The translations under genes were made by a program, and so were the position numbers. Of a stretch of DNA of 64,000 nucleotides, positions 58,937 to 64,000 are shown in pieces (the stretch's first letter is position 1; each line of letters starts with the position of its first letter). Below the pieces are notes generated by a model. The model was not told the origin of the DNA and did no database searches. It was given only the letters and a program-made list of their open reading frames with translations. Where the stretch lies: the IMG/VR virus record IMGVR_UViG_3300022407_006250, positions 1-64,000 of that record, one strand, 5' to 3'. The DNA comes from a virus.

Positions 58937-59398
58937 ATGAAAAAAATTTACTACGAAAAAGTTGGGCGGCGGTATGTGCCTGTTGCCGAGTATAATAGTG
59001 ATTTTATGGATAGCTATAAAAAAGGTACACACCTAATACACAGTTACCCCGGTGGAACCAGTCGTCGATTTAACATTGAACCTGCATTTGCTCCCATGAT
59101 TGCCGCGGGTATATATGCAGAAGATGCCATAACTTCAGCTATGGCCAAAGCCAGCAGTCTGCGACCTCAAAAAACACCTATCACAGAACGCCAAAAAAAG
59201 GCATGGAATAATTTTTCCAAAGAAATGGGTGAAGAAATGTCAACTTTATATGGCACATCTGTTCGTGATTGTGCGGAAGCAGGTGTAAAAGCCATGCAAC
59301 AAGAAGTAGAAAAAACCATGAAGCATCCCGCGGTTCAAGCCGCTTACGAAGAATTCATGTTGGTTTACAAACTATGTCACGAAGGCGGTGTCAAGTAG
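58937..59398 (+). CDS. hypothetical phage protein
   Basis: YYEK.GRRYVPV.EY, 153 aa. Confidence 0.7.
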   Translation: MKKIYYEKVGRRYVPVAEYNSDFMDSYKKGTHLIHSYPGGTSRRFNIEPAFAPMIAAGIYAEDAITSAMAKASSLRPQKTPITERQKKAWNNFSKEMGEEMSTLYGTSVRDCAEAGVKAMQQEVEKTMKHPAVQAAYEEFMLVYKLCHEGGVK

Positions 59399-59446
59399 TT
59401 GACTATGCTTGGACATGGTGTTATAATATCTGTATTGGAGAAATTG

Positions 59447-59644
59447 ATGGATGATGAACTAAAAATTGCGGTTCGAGAACTTTTTGAAAAGTACCTAAAC
59501 CATGCCGAAGAATCCGATTCCGGTCGCTTGTACAAGCCGGTTCAAATTTCTTGTTCAAGAGCCTTGATGACTGAACCACTAAATATTCTAATAGAAAAAA
59601 TTAGAAAACTATCAGGTGCTGCACATGCACCACGAACATTTTAG
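59447..59644 (+). CDS. hypothetical protein
   Basis: GGAG RBS after sigma70 promoter at 59399-59427; EESDSG..Y.P..ISC.R. Confidence 0.6.
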   Translation: MDDELKIAVRELFEKYLNHAEESDSGRLYKPVQISCSRALMTEPLNILIEKIRKLSGAAHAPRTF

Positions 59645-59651
59645 GTGTAAA

Positions 59652-60170
59652 ATGAACATTGTGGAACGTGCTAAAGAATTTGCCATGGCTGCACATAATT
59701 CAGCCCAGCAGGTAAGAAAGTATACCAACGAACCATATTGGGTGCATCCGGCTGAGGTCGCTGCCATTGTGGCCACTGTGCCACATACAGATGAGATGTT
59801 GGCTGCTGCGTGGCTTCACGATACAGTGGAAGATACAGCCATTACTAACCAAGACATTGCTCGAGAGTTTGGCGAAGAAGTTGCTAAACTTGTGGGGTGG
59901 CTTACTGATGTTTCTCAACCCGGGGACGGTAATAGATCTCACAGAAAACAATTGGATCGGGAACATATCGCAAATGCACCTGCTGAGGTGCACACAATTA
60001 AATTGGCCGACTTGATTAGCAATACCAAAAGTATTGTGGAACATGATCCCGAGTTTGCAAAAGTTTACCTTGAAGAAAAACGATTGCTACTTGAGGTCCT
60101 GGTCAAAGGCAACTTGTCGCTGCGTATCTCTGCAAGAAGTCAAATTAGTGAACGGGAATTTTTATTCTAA
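59652..60170 (+). CDS. HD-domain small alarmone hydrolase (SpoT/Mesh1-like)
   Basis: A..AH..Q.RK....PY..HP.EVA, AA.LHDTVEDT, FG..VA.LV..LTD, KLAD...N. Confidence 0.82.
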   Translation: MNIVERAKEFAMAAHNSAQQVRKYTNEPYWVHPAEVAAIVATVPHTDEMLAAAWLHDTVEDTAITNQDIAREFGEEVAKLVGWLTDVSQPGDGNRSHRKQLDREHIANAPAEVHTIKLADLISNTKSIVEHDPEFAKVYLEEKRLLLEVLVKGNLSLRISARSQISEREFLF

Positions 60171-60613
60171 TGGATGACCACGATATTGCAATTGTTTGTA
60201 ATCGCATACGGACACCCGATGGCACAGTCATCATAAGTCGCCACGGTCACGACTATGTACGCTATCAAGATGCAAATGGATTTGAATATTCTGTAGACGG
60301 TGGCACAAATTATCTTCGTCGTGGATGGTCGCCCGGTGCACCACCTGCAGAAGAAATTAGCGTATACTCAAATAATATCCACGAAGAAATTAGGGGAGCA
60401 TTTGCCTGGGGCACTCGAGGTCGTGACGGTGATCAACCACTTGCTTGGATAACACTTGATCAAATGAGCACCGAACATATCACAGCCGTTTTGGAAACTC
60501 AGAATCAAATCAGCAAACAGGTTCGTAAAATTTTTGAGGATGAAATCAAATTCCGAAAACTAATTCAAGTTAATAAACAAATTCAAAAAATTTATAAAAA
60601 TACAACAGAATGA
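60170..60613 (+). CDS. hypothetical phage protein
   Basis: TPDGT...S.H.HDY, VDGG..YLRR, WGT.G.DG. Confidence 0.7.
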   Translation: MDDHDIAIVCNRIRTPDGTVIISRHGHDYVRYQDANGFEYSVDGGTNYLRRGWSPGAPPAEEISVYSNNIHEEIRGAFAWGTRGRDGDQPLAWITLDQMSTEHITAVLETQNQISKQVRKIFEDEIKFRKLIQVNKQIQKIYKNTTE

Positions 60614-61116
60614 AAAAACTTGTTATCGATGATGCGCTGTTTCGATCCTTGATGTCAGACATTTGCAGGCAAATCTCGTTGTCTGGCTGGCAGCCCGATT
60701 ATGTGGTTGGTATTACCCGAGGCGGCCTGTTGGCTGCTACAATGATTAGCCATTACTTTGAAATTCCCATGCATACACTAAATGTAAGTATGCGAGATGG
60801 GGTTGGAAGAGAAAGTAATGTTCAAATGGCCAATGAAGCATTTGGTCATAATTGTCTAGCTAAAAATATTCTCATCGTAGATGACATCAACGACTCCGGT
60901 GCTACTCTAAACTGGATCATGCATGACTGGCACAGTAACTGTCATCTAGGAGAAAGCCAATGGGAAAATATTTGGGGCAACAATGTTCGTTTTGCTGTGG
61001 TTGTTGATAACCTAGCCAGCAGGTGCAGCATGGGAATGAACTTTGTGGGTATAGAAATTAACAAGGATGAGGAAAATGTTTGGGTTCATTTTCCTTACGA
61101 AGAATGGTGGAAATAA
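60610..61116 (+). CDS. type I purine phosphoribosyltransferase (Gpt-like)
   Basis: VGITRGGL, ILIVDDINDSGAT PRPP loop, WV.FP.E. Confidence 0.85.
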   Translation: MKKLVIDDALFRSLMSDICRQISLSGWQPDYVVGITRGGLLAATMISHYFEIPMHTLNVSMRDGVGRESNVQMANEAFGHNCLAKNILIVDDINDSGATLNWIMHDWHSNCHLGESQWENIWGNNVRFAVVVDNLASRCSMGMNFVGIEINKDEENVWVHFPYEEWWK

Positions 61117-61445
61117 TGGAAAATCGAGTAATACGAGATGGATGTGTTGCGGTACTGTACTCGCCGGGTTTTGGCGCAGGCTGGAGTACCTGGGTACATA
61201 CCGAGGGGTCTGATATTAAATGCATGTATGATCCCGAAGTGGTACAATGGGTTCTGGATGGAAAACCAAAAAATCACTTTGATGATAACTACTTTAAAGT
61301 CAAATACGATGGATATTTTTATACCGGCGGTTTGTTGCAACTAGAAATAGCCTGGATCCCGCTAGGACAAAAATTTATTATTAGAGAATATGATGGATCG
61401 GAAGATATTGAAACTGTTGACAGCATCGACTGGTATATAGCATAG
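61116..61445 (+). CDS. hypothetical phage protein
   Basis: VAVLYSPGFGAGWSTW...EYDGSE. Confidence 0.7.
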   Translation: MENRVIRDGCVAVLYSPGFGAGWSTWVHTEGSDIKCMYDPEVVQWVLDGKPKNHFDDNYFKVKYDGYFYTGGLLQLEIAWIPLGQKFIIREYDGSEDIETVDSIDWYIA

Positions 61446-61456
61446 GAAAAAAGATC

Positions 61457-61783
61457 ATGACTGTGTGGCACGCGACGGATATTACATCTACACCCGAGAT
61501 TGTTTTAGCCAATTGGAAAATTTACGAAGTATGTTCCGAGTTGTGGCCAAAAAAGACCCTGCACTTTGTGGGTTATAATGTAACCGAGCGAGAAGGTCGC
61601 GTGTCCAGTGCAATAGAGGAATTTGACTCACGCACCATGTGTGGACGCACCGGTAGTGGAAGGGTCTATAAACTGCAGGGCTCGCGTGGTTCAGATTCTG
61701 ATTCATCATATGTATTTGCCAGATGGTGTAATTTGAATAAAATTACCGAACTATCAGAGTTCAAGATTGATCAAATAGCATGA
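61457..61783 (+). CDS. hypothetical protein
   Basis: L..W..YE....HFVG......GRVSS.I......RT.SGRVY.L.G. Confidence 0.7.
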   Translation: MTVWHATDITSTPEIVLANWKIYEVCSELWPKKTLHFVGYNVTEREGRVSSAIEEFDSRTMCGRTGSGRVYKLQGSRGSDSDSSYVFARWCNLNKITELSEFKIDQIA

Positions 61784-62034
61784 ATCCCAGTTCAATCAAA
61801 ACTTGGTTTCGTCGAAATGGTTTTGAGCCGCACGGCGTTCCAGGCAACTGGCGCGATGCTATGAAGTACGGCGTATTTAAACGTAAAGACAGGCTGTATC
61901 GTGTGAGACAGAATCAAGGTGTATGGGTCATTGACGTTTCCGAACCATTGTGCCAATTTGATCGCTGGGCAAACTCACGTGAAGTGGATGGTGCAAGTTT
62001 AGAAACATTCACCAAATCATTCTCGACCAAATGA
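61780..62034 (+). CDS. hypothetical protein
   Basis: ATGA overlap; FDRWANS. Confidence 0.6.
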   Translation: MNPSSIKTWFRRNGFEPHGVPGNWRDAMKYGVFKRKDRLYRVRQNQGVWVIDVSEPLCQFDRWANSREVDGASLETFTKSFSTK

Positions 62035-62118
62035 TGATAGCTGGAAAATGTGTTTCAGAAGAAATATGTTGACATCTTGCAAAAGATACAGTAACATACA
62101 TTGAGTTAGAAAATTATT

Positions 62119-62202
62119 GCCCCGGTGGCGAAATGGTATACGCAAGAGACTTAAAATCTCTCGTCGAGAGGCATGCCGGTTCGAGTCCGGCCCGGGGCAC
62201 CA
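62119..62202 (+). tRNA. tRNA-Leu(TAA)
   Basis: GCCCCGG/CCGGGGC acceptor, AGAGA-CTTAAAA-TCTCT anticodon arm, long variable arm, TTCGAGT, ACCA. Confidence 0.93.
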
Positions 62203-62285
62203 TATTGAAGCATATTGGTGTAAGATGGAGTCGCTCTCCCATTATTCAGTAGCACTGATAAAATCTAGTATATTTCAATATGGTG
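62198..62285 (+). ncRNA. stem-enclosed structured element 1
   Basis: caccatattgaa...ttcaatatggtg perfect 12-bp inverted repeat extending to ~20 bp, with inner hairpins. Confidence 0.5.
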
Positions 62286-62295
62286 TACGAAAGTC

Positions 62296-62411
62296 ACTAT
62301 ATTAAAACGCATTCAACGGCAAACAGGATACCTAGCAACTGGACGCAGGGGCTATCCAAATAGTAGGGCACTACAGCCGAAAGCTAGGAAAAGAGTGTGT
62401 TTCAATATGGT
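62296..62411 (+). ncRNA. stem-enclosed structured element 2
   Basis: actatattaaaacgcattc/gagtgtgtttcaatatggt 19-bp stem with G-U pairs; inner cctagc/gctagg and gtag-ggca-ctac. Confidence 0.5.
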
Positions 62412-62421
62412 AATGAAGTCT

Positions 62422-62506
62422 GGAGAAGAAGCATCAATGGTGATGCAGTGGACTGTAAATCCGCCACCCTCGGGTATGACTGGTTCGATCCCAGTATTCT
62501 CCACCA
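62422..62506 (+). tRNA. tRNA-Tyr(GTA)
   Basis: GGAGAA/TTCTCC acceptor, GTGGA-CTGTAAA-TCCGC anticodon arm, variable arm, TTCGATC, ACCA. Confidence 0.9.
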
Positions 62507-62516
62507 AACAATCTAT

Positions 62517-62589
62517 CGCGGGGAGGGTCTGGTCACCAGCGAGGTCTCATAAGCCTTTGCCATCCTTGGTTCAAATCCAGGTCCCGCAA
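62517..62589 (+). tRNA. initiator-type tRNA-Met(CAT)
   Basis: CGCGGGG/TCCCGCA with C1:A72 mismatch, GAGGT-CTCATAA-GCCTT, TTCAAAT; short D arm; CCA not encoded. Confidence 0.75.
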
Positions 62590-62605
62590 CCCAATTATAA
62601 ACAGT

Positions 62606-62701
62606 CATGGTGTAATGTAAGGGAAACATACGAGAAGTCCGAGAGTCGCAAGATGTTAGGCAACCCATGCTCAAATGGTTGGTTTGATTCCAACCCACCA
62701 G
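62606..62701 (+). pseudogene. tRNA-like element with expanded anticodon arm
   Basis: TGGTG/CACCA partial acceptor, ATGT/ACAT D-stem, GTTGG-TTTGATT-CCAAC T-arm, ~35-nt insert in place of the anticodon loop. Confidence 0.35.
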
Positions 62702-62722
62702 TTTTAAATAAAAAGGATTTAA

Positions 62723-62929
62723 ATGAACTCTCAGTATCGTGAACGAGCTGTGGCCATGCTACAGCAAATTAAAACTTTTCCTGCTGGATCAGGCATTAAA
62801 CACATAAAGACCGGGCGGGTGTATACAGTAGACCATGTGCATATCCAAGATTATAATTTATTGATTCATACAGCTGACAAACAGGTTTTTCAAGCAAAGA
62901 AATATACTGTATTAAAGAATATTAAGTAA
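62723..62929 (+). CDS. hypothetical protein
   Basis: AAGGA RBS; KHIKTG..Y.V. Confidence 0.6.
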   Translation: MNSQYRERAVAMLQQIKTFPAGSGIKHIKTGRVYTVDHVHIQDYNLLIHTADKQVFQAKKYTVLKNIK

Positions 62930-62950
62930 TAAATACTAAATACATCGAGT

Positions 62951-63045
62951 ACATAACTGATGAGCCTGGAAGGGCGAAACGATATTGGAACTTGTAGAGT
63001 CGTTCGGGAACCGTAAAGGGGACTCTCGTTCCAATCGTATTATGT
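62951..63045 (+). ncRNA. type I hammerhead ribozyme
   Basis: stem I ACATAA/TTATGT, core CTGATGA, stem II GCCT-GGAA-GGGC, core GAAA, stem III CGAT..TGGAAC/GTTCCAATCG, GUA cleavage triplet at 63037-63039. Confidence 0.88.
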
Positions 63046-63252
63046 TAAATATATTGCAATAAGGTGACTATCCAAAGAACTTAAAAATAAAACCAAATAT
63101 ATTGTTAAAGGGTGTAAAGCCCTTGTCACTTTCTATTATGCGTAATAGAAATACTCTTATAAGTCTAAAAAATGTTAGATGAATAATTGCATGTTTATCA
63201 TGCAATGGAGATTGATACTCTTATATATGGTGTCAACAATGTGAAAACAATG

Positions 63253-63279
63253 AAGCCCACCATGGTGGGCTTTCTCTTT
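63253..63279 (+). terminator. intrinsic terminator
   Basis: 20-bp palindrome aagcccaccatggtgggctt followed by a pyrimidine tract. Confidence 0.7.
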
Positions 63280-63290
63280 GGAAGTTTTTT

Positions 63291-63344
63291 ATTGACACAG
63301 TCGGAACATGACGTTATACTGAAGGCTAAGTTAAACACAAAGGA
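63291..63344 (+). repeat. promoter+RBS cassette, copy 1
   Basis: TTGACA-17-TATACT...AAGGA; 50/54 identical to 63711-63764. Confidence 0.9.
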
Positions 63345-63351
63345 GCACAGC

Positions 63352-63711
63352 ATGAAAGTTTTTGTATACTTTAATCTTCATAAGAAAGTTTTTAGTGTTC
63401 GCGCAATGGAAGGCGAAAACAAAGGCCGTGTGATTGCTCACACCACAACTGTTGAACTGCGCGATGCTGTGTTCAAAGTATCCCAGGCAGGGCGTGAACG
63501 AGTGCTCAAAGAAAAGCGTAAAAATGTACACGCTGGTGTACAAGGGCAATGGGTTGCATGGTCGGGCGACAATGTGGATGACCTTGATGCTGTCACATAT
63601 AACCCCTACAAGTATAGCAGCTTTGTTACTGTTGCTGACCAAACACCGGTTCGAACTGCTGCTCGTGCTGTGTTGAACAATCGCAAAATACAAGCTCAAC
63701 TCACAAATTAA
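63352..63711 (+). CDS. hypothetical early protein
   Basis: AAGGAG RBS; VYFNLHK..FSV, F.VS.AGRERVL.EKRKNVHA, YNPYK. Confidence 0.8.
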   Translation: MKVFVYFNLHKKVFSVRAMEGENKGRVIAHTTTVELRDAVFKVSQAGRERVLKEKRKNVHAGVQGQWVAWSGDNVDDLDAVTYNPYKYSSFVTVADQTPVRTAARAVLNNRKIQAQLTN

Positions 63712-63764
63712 TTGACACAGTTGGAACATGATGTTATACTAAGGGCTAAGTTAAACACAAAGGA
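63711..63764 (+). repeat. promoter+RBS cassette, copy 2
   Basis: direct repeat 420 bp downstream of copy 1. Confidence 0.9.
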
Positions 63765-63769
63765 ACAAA

Positions 63770-64000
63770 ATGTCTTCGTTCAAACTGTTAAGCACTGGTA
63801 ATCCAAAAACGCTCAAAGGTCAAAAGCAAGGTTACATCACGTTTATCTTGCACCTTGCTCCTGCTGATCTTAGCGGGTTTGAAGTGTGCCCAAAGCGTAC
63901 TGCAGGTTGCACCAGCGGATGCCTTAACCGGGCAGGACACGGTGGCATGTTCAAGCGCGGCGAAACAACCAATCGAGTACAGCAGGCACGCATCCGCAAG
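63770..64000 (+). CDS. Gp88-like Cys-motif protein, 3'-truncated by the window edge
   Basis: NPKT.KG...L.LAPA..SG.EVCP....GC...CLN.AG.G; runs off the window. Confidence 0.6.
   Translation, partial: MSSFKLLSTGNPKTLKGQKQGYITFILHLAPADLSGFEVCPKRTAGCTSGCLNRAGHGGMFKRGETTNRVQQARIRK

Noticed and set aside
62315-62390. Resemblance to a c-di-GMP-I riboswitch (GGCAAAC...GGACGCA...GCCGA)
   Set aside because: Lacks the GNRA tetraloop/receptor arrangement and a downstream CDS; kept only as an unknown element pending an Infernal search.
62117-62742. ORFs 62117-62305 and 62395-62742
   Set aside because: They overlap tRNA genes and structured RNAs.
63187-63351. N-terminal extension of ORF 63187-63711
   Set aside because: It spans a terminator and promoter; the RBS-led start is at 63352.
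1-64000. Stop-codon reassignment
   Set aside because: Conserved enzymes are intact in code 11, TAA/TAG/TGA all end genes, and no suppressor tRNA is seen.

Overview
A 64-kb, AT-rich, gene-dense segment, almost entirely on the + strand and in the standard genetic code, of a large (probably jumbo) T4-related dsDNA bacteriophage. In order: IF-1/DnaJ/ClpA operon; Gly/Thr-repeat virion fibre genes; family-B DNA polymerase and sliding clamp; a 7-deazaguanine DNA-modification cluster (DpdA/TGT-like, glycosyltransferase, T-fold DpdL/QueD-like, QueE); RNase H-type flap nuclease, UvsE, amidinotransferase, MoxR-VWA and HNH genes; and a long accessory region. The accessory region holds tRNAs, a minimal TilS beside a non-canonical tRNA-Ile2, a PlcP-like phosphoesterase + GT4 pair behind a Pho-box-like repeat, DHFR, an HD hydrolase and a PRTase. 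Near the end lie a tRNA cluster with unexplained stem-enclosed RNA elements and a complete hammerhead ribozyme. Two promoter classes are visible (sigma70 TTGACA-17-TATAAT and T4-late-like (A/G/C)TAAATA), and many genes appear leaderless. All product calls come from motif recognition by eye; no database searches were run.
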